A stretch of 64,000 nt of DNA from Bacilli bacterium (lineage in GTDB: Bacteria; Bacillota_I; Bacilli_A; RF39; UBA660). A program made the translations under genes and the position numbers. Where the stretch lies: contig JAFYYX010000001.1 of NCBI GenBank assembly GCA_017548925.1, forward strand, positions 169,551 through 233,550. Reading direction: 5' to 3'. This document shows positions 30,167 through 40,022 of the stretch, one piece after another. The notes beneath the pieces were generated by a model. That model saw only the letters and a list, made by a program, of their open reading frames with translations. It did not search any database and was not told the origin of the DNA. Numbering within the stretch: the first letter of the stretch is position 1; each line of letters starts with the position of its first letter.

Positions 30167-31180
30167 ATGAAGTATATATTAAATAAAACACCTATTAGAA
30201 CAACAAATGGTTTTAGAGTAAATGATGTTAAAGTTGATTTAGAAATACCCAATAATATGCAATATCATGACTATGAAATACTAAATATAAGTGATGTTGA
30301 ATCTACCATAGAATCTAATTTTGTATCTAATATTGGTTTAGAACATGAAAACTATAAAAGTACTAATATAAATGTTGATAATCAAAATGATAATGTTATA
30401 AAACTTAAATATTACTTTAATGATAATGATAGTTTAGTTGATAATATCAATATTAATGTTAGTAAAAACTTAAATATTAATATGTTAATTTGTTATGAAA
30501 CTAAAGATAATAATTATCATTTTCATAATGGTAATATTAACATTAATATTGATAGTAATTCATCACTAAATTTAACCATTGTTAATGAATTTAATAACAT
30601 AAGTATTAACATGTTATCTGGAGTAATTAATGCATCAAGTAACTCAACTGTTAAAACAAACTTAATTGATTTATCTGGTAAAACTAGAATATATAACTTT
30701 AAATCAAACACACATAAAAATAGTAGTAGTTATTTAAATAATATTTATATAGGAAGAGAAAATTCCCTATTAGATTTAAATTATTACTATATTAATGAAG
30801 AAGAACAAAGTAATAACTATATCGAAGTTCAAGGAATACTAGATGCTAATGCATTAAAAACATTTAAAGGAACAATTGATTTTAAACAAGGCTCTCATAA
30901 ATCAAATGGACATGAAAATGAAAATGTACTTCTTTTATCAGATACATGTATTTCAAAATCTCTTCCAATACTTTTATGTCATGAAGAAGATGTAAGTGGA
31001 ACACATAGTGTTTCATCAGGTATGATTGATCAAAATAAATTATTTTATTTAATGAGTAGATCTTTATCTGAAAGAGAAGCCAAAAAATTAATTATTAAAT
31101 CTAATTTTAATAGCATTTTAAATTCTCTTTCAGAAGAAATAAAAGACGACATTACTGATAAAGTAGAAAAATATATATAA
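30167..31180 (+). CDS. sufD: Fe-S assembly protein SufD (divergent, Asn-rich)
   Basis: FKGTIDF, SLPILLCHEEDV.G.H, LFYLMSR. Confidence 0.9.
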   Translation: MKYILNKTPIRTTNGFRVNDVKVDLEIPNNMQYHDYEILNISDVESTIESNFVSNIGLEHENYKSTNINVDNQNDNVIKLKYYFNDNDSLVDNININVSKNLNINMLICYETKDNNYHFHNGNININIDSNSSLNLTIVNEFNNISINMLSGVINASSNSTVKTNLIDLSGKTRIYNFKSNTHKNSSSYLNNIYIGRENSLLDLNYYYINEEEQSNNYIEVQGILDANALKTFKGTIDFKQGSHKSNGHENENVLLLSDTCISKSLPILLCHEEDVSGTHSVSSGMIDQNKLFYLMSRSLSEREAKKLIIKSNFNSILNSLSEEIKDDITDKVEKYI

Positions 31181-31207
31181 AAGAAATACGAAAAGTATTT
31201 CTTTTTT
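31180..31207 (+). terminator. suf operon terminator
   Basis: AAGAAATAC-gaaaa-GTATTTCTT + T run. Confidence 0.8.
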
Positions 31208-31220
31208 CATATACTTTATT

Positions 31221-31604
31221 ATGAACCAAGAAGAAATAAATCAAAAAATAAAAGAAATTAATACTGAAGATATGATTTGGATTGTATATATAGGAATAAT
31301 ATTCTTAAGTTTTGTTTCAAATCATTTTGAAAGAAAATATTATTTAAATAATGATATTAACTCAAGAGAAAAGTATCAGAAAATACTAATATTTATCTTT
31401 TCAGTTTTATTAATTGTATATATTTATTTCTTAAAAGGTTCAATTGATAGTATTAAGAAACTAAAAGAAACTGATAGTAAAAAGAAAAAAGAAATGGTGT
31501 ACTTATCTTTTATAGCATCACTACTAATTGCTATAAGTGGAGTTATATTTCTATATATTGCAATCATCGATGATAACTTAGATGTCGAACTGGCGTTTAA
31601 TTAG
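31221..31604 (+). CDS. 3-TM hypothetical membrane protein
   Basis: Three hydrophobic helices; no SD; CATATACT 5 nt upstream of ATG. Confidence 0.75.
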   Translation: MNQEEINQKIKEINTEDMIWIVYIGIIFLSFVSNHFERKYYLNNDINSREKYQKILIFIFSVLLIVYIYFLKGSIDSIKKLKETDSKKKKEMVYLSFIASLLIAISGVIFLYIAIIDDNLDVELAFN

Positions 31605-31677
31605 TAATTATGCTATGATATAAAAAATAAATTGGTATTAATTATGTTTATTACACCACATGAAATAAGGTGATAAA

Positions 31678-32559
31678 ATGTTTACCATTAATAATTTGAT
31701 AAATGATTATTTTTCTTTTAGGAAATATTCAAGAGAATATCGAATTCACAAAGCTGAATCCCATGATTTTTATATGGAGCACAGATTATTACTTGATAAT
31801 TTATTAGATGAATATTATGAAAATCATAATGATTCAGTTAAAATAAAAAAGTTATTTGATAAAGAACCTACATTAAAAACATACTTATCACTTGAAATGA
31901 TTAAAAATCATCTTAAAGAACAAAAAAATAAATATTCAGTTTCATCTGAAATTAATAATTTAGGTAAATGTGCTATATATATAAATAAAAGTATTTTAGT
32001 TATATATGATATTGATAATAATGTTAATTACAGCTATAAAATAGATGATGAAGGAGTAATTAACTATATAAAAACAGGTCTTCAAAAAACTGATAAGTAT
32101 ATTGGTGAAATATCACTAGAGGAAATAAGTATATTACAAGTAATCTATTATGATATTATGAATAATGACATATTAAAAAATGAAAGTAATAAAGTAATAT
32201 GCAAACATATAAATAACGAACTAAATAAAGCAAGAATGTTTGATAATTGTTATATTGATCGAGAGCAAAATAAAAATTTACCAGTAAATATAAATGAAGA
32301 GTTTGCTAAATTAATTGAGTTATACAAAAATAAACAAATAACAACCGAAGAGTATTATATAAGATATTATTATTTCTTAATTCTATCAAATCAAGATGTT
32401 GAAAAACTATATGATAAAGCTGACATAATACATAAAGAATATATAATGAAAGCATATCTTGAATTATCATCTTATAACTCTAAAGTTCACATAAGAACTA
32501 CATCAAGAGTTATAAATAAAGCTGTTCTAGAAAGAATTAAAAAAACTGACACTAAATAA
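31678..32559 (+). CDS. Hypothetical orphan protein (ends RIKKTDTK)
   Basis: 293 aa, SD AAGGTG, bidirectional terminator 32543-32572. Confidence 0.78.
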   Translation: MFTINNLINDYFSFRKYSREYRIHKAESHDFYMEHRLLLDNLLDEYYENHNDSVKIKKLFDKEPTLKTYLSLEMIKNHLKEQKNKYSVSSEINNLGKCAIYINKSILVIYDIDNNVNYSYKIDDEGVINYIKTGLQKTDKYIGEISLEEISILQVIYYDIMNNDILKNESNKVICKHINNELNKARMFDNCYIDREQNKNLPVNINEEFAKLIELYKNKQITTEEYYIRYYYFLILSNQDVEKLYDKADIIHKEYIMKAYLELSSYNSKVHIRTTSRVINKAVLERIKKTDTK

Positions 32560-32573
32560 TAGTGTCAGTTTTC

Positions 32574-34043
32574 TTATAATATATTATCAGACATGAACTC
32601 TGGTTCACATGTTAGATTAATTCTTAATTTTTTAAGTGTTGTTAACTCACCATTTTGAATAATATATGTTGAGTGTGCCTCGCAATCTTCCAATTTTTTA
32701 AGATTATCAATAGCTTTTCCAATTATTGGATTTGTAACAGAACATGTTGAAAGAGCTATTAATGTTTCTTGAAGTGTTAAAACATTTTCATATAAATTAT
32801 CAGAATTCTTAAGTTTAAGAATTGGTTTTAATATGTTACTTGAAAGTAAATCAACATCATCAGGTATTTTTGTTAACTCTTTAATAGCATTAATAATTAC
32901 GCTACTAACAGGAGATAAAAGTTCTGTTTGTCTTCCTGTTATAATTTTTCCATTAGGAAGTTCAAGTGCAACAGATGGAAGGCCACATTTATCTATTTTA
33001 TCTCTTGCAGCTTTAATAACTGGCATAATAGATTCATCAATTTCAAGTTCATTAATTAGCATTTTAACTTTATTTGGTGTATCTTCATCAACAAGACCTA
33101 AACGATAATTAGTAAGTTCATTATAATATCTTCTAATTATTTCTTTTTTAGCAGCAACACATACAGCATCATCATCAGATATACAGTAACCAACCATGTT
33201 TACTCCCATATCAGTAGGTGAGTTATAGATTGATGCACCAGTAATTTTTGTTAAAATATTTTTAAGTACTGGGAACATTTCTAGATCTCTATTATAGTTA
33301 ATAGCAGTAATTCCATATTTTTCTAAATGAAAATAATCTATTTGATTAACATCTTTTAAATCTGCCGTTGCAGCTTCATATGCTATATTAACTGGGTGTT
33401 TAAGTGGTAAATTCCAAACTGGGAAAGTTTCAAACTTGGCATATCCAGCATTAACCCCGTTTTTATGTTCGTGGTATAGCTGTGATAAACAAGTTGCAAG
33501 TTTACCAGAACCAGGCCCTGGTGCATTAACTAAAATTAATTTTTTAGTTGTTTTAATATATTCGTTTTTACCATATCCTTCTTCACTTACTATTGTATCA
33601 ACATCTGTTGGGTAACCTTTAGTAAATGTATGCACGTAAGTTTTTATACCTTGCCTATTTAGTTTTTTAATAAACTTATCAACAGATGGTTGATTCTTAT
33701 ATAAAGTAACAACAACACTATTAACTTTAAAACCAAGACTTTCAGATTTATTTACTATTTTTATAAGTTCAGTATCGTAAGTTATACCATAGTCGCCTCT
33801 AGTTTTGTGTTTTTCAATATCTCCAGCATTTATACAAAAGATAATTTCTAGATCTTTTTTAAGTTCTTGGAACATACTAATTTTAGCGTCATTTTTAAAT
33901 CCAGGTAAAACTCTTGCAGCATGTGAATCATCAAATAGTTTACCTCCAACTTCAAGATATAATTTATCAAATAAATTAAATCTTTCTTTAATATGTTCAC
34001 TTTGAATTTTTACATATTTATCATTATCAAAACCTTTTTTCAT
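32574..34043 (-). CDS. DUF1846 family protein (P-loop)
   Basis: KLYLEVGGKLFDD.HAARVLPG, APGPGSGKLATCLSQLY, AKFETFPVWN. Confidence 0.92.
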   Translation of the reverse strand: MKKGFDNDKYVKIQSEHIKERFNLFDKLYLEVGGKLFDDSHAARVLPGFKNDAKISMFQELKKDLEIIFCINAGDIEKHKTRGDYGITYDTELIKIVNKSESLGFKVNSVVVTLYKNQPSVDKFIKKLNRQGIKTYVHTFTKGYPTDVDTIVSEEGYGKNEYIKTTKKLILVNAPGPGSGKLATCLSQLYHEHKNGVNAGYAKFETFPVWNLPLKHPVNIAYEAATADLKDVNQIDYFHLEKYGITAINYNRDLEMFPVLKNILTKITGASIYNSPTDMGVNMVGYCISDDDAVCVAAKKEIIRRYYNELTNYRLGLVDEDTPNKVKMLINELEIDESIMPVIKAARDKIDKCGLPSVALELPNGKIITGRQTELLSPVSSVIINAIKELTKIPDDVDLLSSNILKPILKLKNSDNLYENVLTLQETLIALSTCSVTNPIIGKAIDNLKKLEDCEAHSTYIIQNGELTTLKKLRINLTCEPEFMSDNIL

Positions 34044-34156
34044 TTCCACACACTCCCATGTTAAAATAATAACAAAATCGTGTTATTAATTATAGTATTT
34101 TATTACAATTTTTTTTATGGTATAATTAAATTGACCCCCAAAAAGAGGTGTTTGTT

Positions 34157-34594
34157 ATGGGAATCGTTTATGATCAAGCCAAAATGTTTATGAAAAAATA
34201 TCCAGGAAGTTTTGCGTTTAGAATTAAAAAGCATTCAAACGTAATTGAAAGACACTTAAATCCTGGTGAAAAACCAACATTTGTTTTTGTTGGACAAAAA
34301 AGTAAGAATTTATTTAATATTGGTTCATCATGTGCTGTTGCTGTAACTGATAGAAGAATATTAATTGGTAAAAAAAGAATATTTTGGGGATATTTTCTAA
34401 GTTCTATTACACCAGATTTATATAATGATATGCAAGTATATCAAGGTTTAATCTGGGGTAGCGTAACCATTGATACAGTTAAAGAAGAAATAGTAATATC
34501 TAGTATTTCTAAAAAAGGTTTAGATGAAATTGAAACCAGAATAACTGAATTTATGATGCAAGAGAAAAAGAAGTATCAAAATACAGATAAATAG
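34157..34594 (+). CDS. Bacterial PH-domain-like protein
   Basis: LNPGEK..F.GQ, AVAVTDRRILIGKK, GLIWGSVTIDT. Confidence 0.75.
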   Translation: MGIVYDQAKMFMKKYPGSFAFRIKKHSNVIERHLNPGEKPTFVFVGQKSKNLFNIGSSCAVAVTDRRILIGKKRIFWGYFLSSITPDLYNDMQVYQGLIWGSVTIDTVKEEIVISSISKKGLDEIETRITEFMMQEKKKYQNTDK

Positions 34595-34602
34595 GAGTAA
34601 AT

Positions 34603-35715
34603 ATGAAAAAGTTGAGAATAATGATACTTCTTATCATTTTATCTTTCAGCTTTTTTTTAATGCAATACTTAAAAAAAAGAAATTATGAACTTTCATATAA
34701 AATTAAAAAGTATAATATAACTGAAAAATATATAAAAAATGATAAGAAATATTATGTAACTATTAAATATAAAGATGATGAATATTTTTATATTATTGAT
34801 AGTAAATATTCAAGGAAAAGAAAACTTGTTGATAAAATAAAATTTGTAAGTAATGATAATTATAAATGTTTATCTATTTCTTTTAATGATGAAAAACAAA
34901 CTCCATCGTGTATAGGTAAAGATGGATATATATCATATCGTTCTTTAGATGAAGATATGGAGAAGAAATTAGATAAAAAACTATATAAATACCATAAAAA
35001 TGATGTTCAAAAAGATTATAAGAATATGAATATCTATACTCTTAATAATAAAAAAATAATGATGTGGAACTATCATGGATTTTATTATTTAACGAACGAT
35101 AAATTTAAAGAAATTAAGTTATTTGATAATGATACATATAATGCATCATTAACAGGTCAAATTAATAATTATTTAATTTTTCCAAACTATGATGAAACAT
35201 ATGAATATAAAACTATGAAAATATTAAATGTTGATAATCTAAAAGAAAAAACATTAAAACTAAACGATAATTTATCTGAAGATTCATATGTTCTTGGAAC
35301 AAATGATAAAAGTATTTTCTACTATGATCGTAAACACCATCAAGAATTTGAATTTGTACCTCATAAAAGTAAATATAGATTAGTAGATAATTACATTTAT
35401 GAAAACGGTAATAAAGTTGATAAATCTGAGATTTATCTAGCTAATAATGATGCTAAATTTAAATATGATGTTACATACACATATAAACTAATAGATGGTA
35501 ATTTATATAGATATAATAAATATAATAATTATCGAGAAAAGATAACTAATTTTGATAAAGAAGTAAAAGAATTGGTTAAAGAAGATGATGAAGAAGTATA
35601 TTTTATTGTGGATAATAAACTATATGTTTACTCTGATAAATATGGACATAGTTTAATCCTTGAATACTTTGAATTAAACTTTAACTATAAAAATATTTTC
35701 TACATTTTTAACTAG
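34603..35715 (+). CDS. Membrane-anchored hypothetical beta-rich protein
   Basis: N-terminal hydrophobic anchor; SD AGGAG; Tyr/Lys/Asn-rich. Confidence 0.78.
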   Translation: MKKLRIMILLIILSFSFFLMQYLKKRNYELSYKIKKYNITEKYIKNDKKYYVTIKYKDDEYFYIIDSKYSRKRKLVDKIKFVSNDNYKCLSISFNDEKQTPSCIGKDGYISYRSLDEDMEKKLDKKLYKYHKNDVQKDYKNMNIYTLNNKKIMMWNYHGFYYLTNDKFKEIKLFDNDTYNASLTGQINNYLIFPNYDETYEYKTMKILNVDNLKEKTLKLNDNLSEDSYVLGTNDKSIFYYDRKHHQEFEFVPHKSKYRLVDNYIYENGNKVDKSEIYLANNDAKFKYDVTYTYKLIDGNLYRYNKYNNYREKITNFDKEVKELVKEDDEEVYFIVDNKLYVYSDKYGHSLILEYFELNFNYKNIFYIFN

Positions 35716-35757
35716 CACATTTAAATATTTATCATACCTTATATTAGGAGTGGTAAA

Positions 35758-36216
35758 ATGTTTGAATCATACGAAATTAAAAATGGTGATACTTTAGATA
35801 GCATATCAAATAGATATAACATTTCTAAAGATTATTTAATTGATATAAATAATTTATACTATTATGATGATTTTAAAGTTGGTAGAGAGTTAATAGTTCC
35901 AAAAATAAATGATGTATATTTTGATGTTTATAAGATTGAAAAAGGTGATACATTATATGAAATTGCCAAAAAATATAATGTTAATCCAAATCTTTTAGCG
36001 GCTTTAAATGGTATTAATAAAGATGATTATATATACCCAAATCAAGAAATAATGGTTCCTAAAAGTACTTATAGTTATTATATAAGTGCTGAAGGAGATA
36101 CTCTTGATATGGTAACAAACATATTTGGAACAACAAGTAAAAACTTTTTAGAACAAAATAAAACAATATATCTTTTACCGGAACAACTATTTGTAATTAA
36201 GAAAAAATATGAATGA
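35758..36216 (+). CDS. LysM-repeat protein without signal peptide
   Basis: YEIKNGDTL..IS, YKIEKGDTLYEIAKKY..LN..IYPNQ, third degenerate repeat EGDTL. Confidence 0.9.
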   Translation: MFESYEIKNGDTLDSISNRYNISKDYLIDINNLYYYDDFKVGRELIVPKINDVYFDVYKIEKGDTLYEIAKKYNVNPNLLAALNGINKDDYIYPNQEIMVPKSTYSYYISAEGDTLDMVTNIFGTTSKNFLEQNKTIYLLPEQLFVIKKKYE

Positions 36217-36276
36217 TTTAATCTATATCATTCATATTTTTATGTTATAATATAAAAAGAATAGGAGTTGATTAAA

Positions 36277-37884
36277 GTGATTTTAAGAAAACCGTATGCT
36301 TTTTTAATTAAACACTTTCGTTTAATTCACTTAATATTAACTCTTCCTTTAATTTATATTATAAGAAAAACTCATTTAGTAGTAGATTTTTTCAATACAT
36401 ATGTATCTAATGGATATACATACCAAACTGGTAGTGATATTTCAGGCCTTTATATTAACTGGATATTATATTTATCAATATTTTTAATTGTTGTTTCAAT
36501 TATATCGATATATTATTTATTAAAATATAAAGAAAAGCCTGTAAAAATGTATGTTATTATGATGATTTACTATATAGCACTTTTTGCAATGCTTATATGG
36601 TACTCTGGAATAATATCTAATATGTCAAAAGCTGTTTTATCAGCTAAATCAGCAAGGTTATACCGAGATATTTCCCTTCTTATATATTTACCACAATATG
36701 TATTTATTGTATTTACAGTATTAAGAGCAACTGGTTTTAATATTAAACAATTTAATTTTCAAAGTGACTTAAAAGAACTTCAAATAACTTCTGAAGATAA
36801 TGAAGAAGTTGAAGTAGGTCTTGGAATTGATACATACAAAACTAAAAGATTTTTTAGAAGATATAAAAGAGAATTTAAATATTATTTTGAAGAAAATAAA
36901 TTCATAATAGTATTAATTTCAACTATTACTGTTTTTGCTCTTATTTTTATGTTCTATAAAACTCGAAGTAATTATGATATATCGTATTCTCAAAACAAAT
37001 CATTTGTTCATCAGTTATTTACTATTAATATTAAAGATAGCATTATAACTACATTTAAAACTAATGGTGAAGAAATTGATGGAAATTATTATTTAGTTTT
37101 AAAGACATACGTTAAAAATAATTCAAACAGAAGCCAAAAACTTGATTATGATAATTTTAAAGTTTACGTAGGTAAAAATGTTTATACACCTACACTTGAT
37201 AGATCAACATATTTTATTGATTATGCAAATAAATATTATGGAGATTATATCAAGGGAAATGAAGAAAAAGAAATTGCTCTTGTTTATAAGATTCCTGAGA
37301 ATAAAATTAATAAAACTTTTAAATTAAAAATACTAAGTAGTTATACTACTAAAAAGCAAAAACTAGTTACAAAATATGCTGTAGTTAATTTAACGCCTGT
37401 TATTCTTGATAAAGTAAGCGAAGTTGCAACTGTTAACGTTGGTAGTAAATTAGATTTAAATGGTTCAAATGTAGGAAATACAATTATTACTGTAAATGGA
37501 TATGAAGTAACAAAAAGTTATATATATGAATATAATTCTTGTTATTCAGAAAATAACTGTAAGGTTATAAAAGATGTAGTAAATGTTGATTACTCTAAAA
37601 GTAATACATATTCTACACTTTTAGTACTAGATGCTAATTTTGATTTAGATAAAGAAACAACTTATGGAAAATCAGTTAAAAACGATTTAGATTTCTTTAA
37701 TGACTTTTCAACTGTTAATGCATCTAATGCTAAAGGATCAGGTGAATATGATGCTATAAATATTACACCAAAGAATTTAACAAATAAAATTGTATTACAA
37801 GTTAAAGGTGATATCTTAGAACCAGATAGTTTAGATTTACACTTAACAATAAGAAATAAGCAATACACTGTAGTTCTTAAGTAA
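36277..37884 (+). CDS. Multi-pass membrane protein with extracellular Ig-like (DUF4352-like) domains
   Basis: About 5 TM helices then YLVLKTYVKNNS..LVYKIP beta-sandwich; GTG start fits SD AGGAG. Confidence 0.75.
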   Translation: MILRKPYAFLIKHFRLIHLILTLPLIYIIRKTHLVVDFFNTYVSNGYTYQTGSDISGLYINWILYLSIFLIVVSIISIYYLLKYKEKPVKMYVIMMIYYIALFAMLIWYSGIISNMSKAVLSAKSARLYRDISLLIYLPQYVFIVFTVLRATGFNIKQFNFQSDLKELQITSEDNEEVEVGLGIDTYKTKRFFRRYKREFKYYFEENKFIIVLISTITVFALIFMFYKTRSNYDISYSQNKSFVHQLFTINIKDSIITTFKTNGEEIDGNYYLVLKTYVKNNSNRSQKLDYDNFKVYVGKNVYTPTLDRSTYFIDYANKYYGDYIKGNEEKEIALVYKIPENKINKTFKLKILSSYTTKKQKLVTKYAVVNLTPVILDKVSEVATVNVGSKLDLNGSNVGNTIITVNGYEVTKSYIYEYNSCYSENNCKVIKDVVNVDYSKSNTYSTLLVLDANFDLDKETTYGKSVKNDLDFFNDFSTVNASNAKGSGEYDAINITPKNLTNKIVLQVKGDILEPDSLDLHLTIRNKQYTVVLK

Positions 37885-37891
37885 CACTTTA

Positions 37892-37920
37892 TTGACTTAT
37901 AAATAAAAGTATAATAAAAT
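37892..37920 (+). promoter_or_regulatory. SigA promoter of tRNA-Cys
   Basis: TTGACT-17-TAAAAT. Confidence 0.7.
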
Positions 37921-37952
37921 ATAAATGTTCTTTAAAAAAGGACATTTATTAT

Positions 37953-38026
37953 GGGTCCATAGCCAAGTGGTAAGGCGTGGGACTGCAACTCCCTGATCGT
38001 TGGTTCAAATCCGACTGGGCCCTCCA
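37953..38026 (+). tRNA. tRNA-Cys (GCA)
   Basis: Acceptor GGGUCCA/UGGGCCC, discriminator U, encoded CCA, anticodon loop CUGCAAC, GGUUCAAAUCC. Confidence 0.97.
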
Positions 38027-38036
38027 TCTTAAAAAT

Positions 38037-38067
38037 AAAAATCGAACTATAATAGTTCGATTTTTTT
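38037..38067. terminator. Bidirectional terminator
   Basis: AAAAATCGAACTAT-a-ATAGTTCGATTTTT between the convergent tRNA and ORF. Confidence 0.85.
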
Positions 38068-38074
38068 AATAAAT

Positions 38075-38767
38075 TTAATTTCTTGCTCTAACGTTATCAA
38101 TTTCGTTTTCAAAATAATAACTTGAAACGATAGGACAAAAAATTTTTAATGTTTCTTTAAATACTCTTGATTCATCAATTAACTTCTTACAATTATTTTT
38201 ACTTATTTGGTCAAAATCTGCATATGGTTTAATTTCACCTGTTTTTATATCTTTTCCATAACATATAGCGGTTTTTTTCTTACCATTAGTTATTTGAATT
38301 CGACCAAATCTTTGATTTATAGGTTCAAGTACATGAAATGAAGTAAGAGATATAGTTTTTCCACTTAAGTATTCAGAACCATCTTTTCTAAGATCTGCTA
38401 CCCATGTATATTCATTAAGTTCATATGATCTTCCATATACGTGCATTTCTGTATATTCATATTTATGTGGTTCAATAGTTTCTACTTTACTAATGTTAGT
38501 TAACATGAATTTATCCTTACTGCGATAAATAGATAATTTTAAAAATAAATCTTTTGTTTTAATATAAAAAGGATACCCGTTAAATAAAGTTTTAGTGTCA
38601 GCAGCATTATGTCTTTCTTGATCTGCAAAACCTTCTTTACATACGATATATGATTCCATTATAGAATTACTTTTATTATCAATAAATATAGCAACATCAT
38701 CTTTAATTTCTAAAGAAACACCAAAAACATTTAAAACATTATTTAATTCGTTTAAATCAAATGTCAT
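38075..38767 (-). CDS. Hypothetical orphan protein (ends NVRARN)
   Basis: 230 aa, SD AAGGAG. Confidence 0.8.
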   Translation of the reverse strand: MTFDLNELNNVLNVFGVSLEIKDDVAIFIDNKSNSIMESYIVCKEGFADQERHNAADTKTLFNGYPFYIKTKDLFLKLSIYRSKDKFMLTNISKVETIEPHKYEYTEMHVYGRSYELNEYTWVADLRKDGSEYLSGKTISLTSFHVLEPINQRFGRIQITNGKKKTAICYGKDIKTGEIKPYADFDQISKNNCKKLIDESRVFKETLKIFCPIVSSYYFENEIDNVRARN

Positions 38768-38789
38768 AATTAATTCTCCTTATAATTTA

Positions 38790-39140
38790 TTAGTTACGTG
38801 CTTTAGTATTAGCTTCTAAACAAAATAATTCTTGTGCGTTTTCTGATAATGAATTTACTTCATTAGCATATATAGCTGAAATTCCTTTGCATGCATTATT
38901 AACTATATCTTCTTCAGAATAATATCCTTGAGTAGTAAGTAACCATTTATAAGCTACATCTGCCATTCTTGATAAAACAACAATATCATGATGACAATTT
39001 GACTCATCTCTTACACATCCAGGATGAGTTAAATCAAAATAAACCATTGTATCAAGATTCTTTTTAAACCAGTTTGATAAAGGTTTATTTTTAGTAAGTA
39101 ATAATTCAATTCTAGGATCAACTTCAAAATTATGTTTCAT
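38790..39140 (-). CDS. Hypothetical orphan protein (ends NTKARN)
   Basis: ATG 39140 with SD GAAAGGGG; TATAAC -10 upstream. Confidence 0.75.
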   Translation of the reverse strand: MKHNFEVDPRIELLLTKNKPLSNWFKKNLDTMVYFDLTHPGCVRDESNCHHDIVVLSRMADVAYKWLLTTQGYYSEEDIVNNACKGISAIYANEVNSLSENAQELFCLEANTKARN

Positions 39141-39242
39141 ACAAAATCCCCTTTCATAAAAAAATGTAGTTGTTATACTAACATAATGCAAAGTAAAAAT
39201 CAAATAAAAATGATATAATAATCTTAATTAAGGAGTAGCGCT

Positions 39243-39491
39243 ATGATTGATGATATAGTAAAAGAAACTCATGACAGTTTAAATTTAAACAAAATTAATG
39301 ATAAATTATACCTTACTAATAAAGAAATTGAAGTCCTTGAAAAGTATGATATTGATTATCATACGTCGATAGAAGAACTTTTATTTACTTTAGATGAAAT
39401 ATTAAATGATTCCAATGGAGAGTATACAGACCTTGAAGAAGTATCCAATAGTATTTCGGAATTTAATTATTATCATAATGTAAACAAATAA
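39243..39491 (+). CDS. Small acidic hypothetical protein
   Basis: TGaTATAAT, SD AAGGAG, 82 aa. Confidence 0.75.
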   Translation: MIDDIVKETHDSLNLNKINDKLYLTNKEIEVLEKYDIDYHTSIEELLFTLDEILNDSNGEYTDLEEVSNSISEFNYYHNVNK

Positions 39492-39561
39492 GAACATTTG
39501 TTTGACTTAATTAACTTTTTTTGCTATAATAGGTCCCAATCTTCAAAAAGGGGGAAATATT

Positions 39562-40014
39562 ATGGAAAAAATTAATAAACTTAGAGAAAAAAGAGAAGTT
39601 ACGCCTTATAAAGTGGTTCACAATATTAAAGGTGCACTATATTTAGGACTTGCACTATCACCAGTTATAGGTATTGCTGCTGGATGTGCTAGCAACGCAC
39701 AAGAATCTCAAGAAAATAAAACTGAAATAGTTATTGAATCAAATTATTGTGCAGTTATAATTGAAGATGGTTCTGCAGTAATTATTGATTATACTATGAA
39801 TCCTGGTGCTCAAAAAATTGGATGGTATGGTAACTTTGTAGAACTAGAACTAACTACTGGTGGAACATTTCAATATCTTAAAACTGATAAAACATCGATT
39901 GTTTTTTTTAAAGATAAAAAAGCCCATGAGTTAGCTGTATTATATGCTGAAAGCATAGTTGGAGATAACTATACAGAATATAATAAAGAAGTAGTAGAAA
40001 AAGTAAGAAAATAA
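39562..40014 (+). CDS. Putative lipoprotein (ends EKVRK)
   Basis: Long basic n-region, hydrophobic h-region, lipobox IAAG|C; promoter TTGACT..TGcTATAAT. Confidence 0.75.
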   Translation: MEKINKLREKREVTPYKVVHNIKGALYLGLALSPVIGIAAGCASNAQESQENKTEIVIESNYCAVIIEDGSAVIIDYTMNPGAQKIGWYGNFVELELTTGGTFQYLKTDKTSIVFFKDKKAHELAVLYAESIVGDNYTEYNKEVVEKVRK

Positions 40015-40022
40015 TAAAAATA

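Noticed and set aside
37921-37949. Hairpin just upstream of tRNA-Cys as a novel RNA element
   Set aside because: More simply the terminator of the upstream gene overlapping the tRNA promoter
38043-38059. CGAAC...GTTCG resembling a LexA box
   Set aside because: Spacer is 7 nt, not 4; it is the stem of a bidirectional terminator
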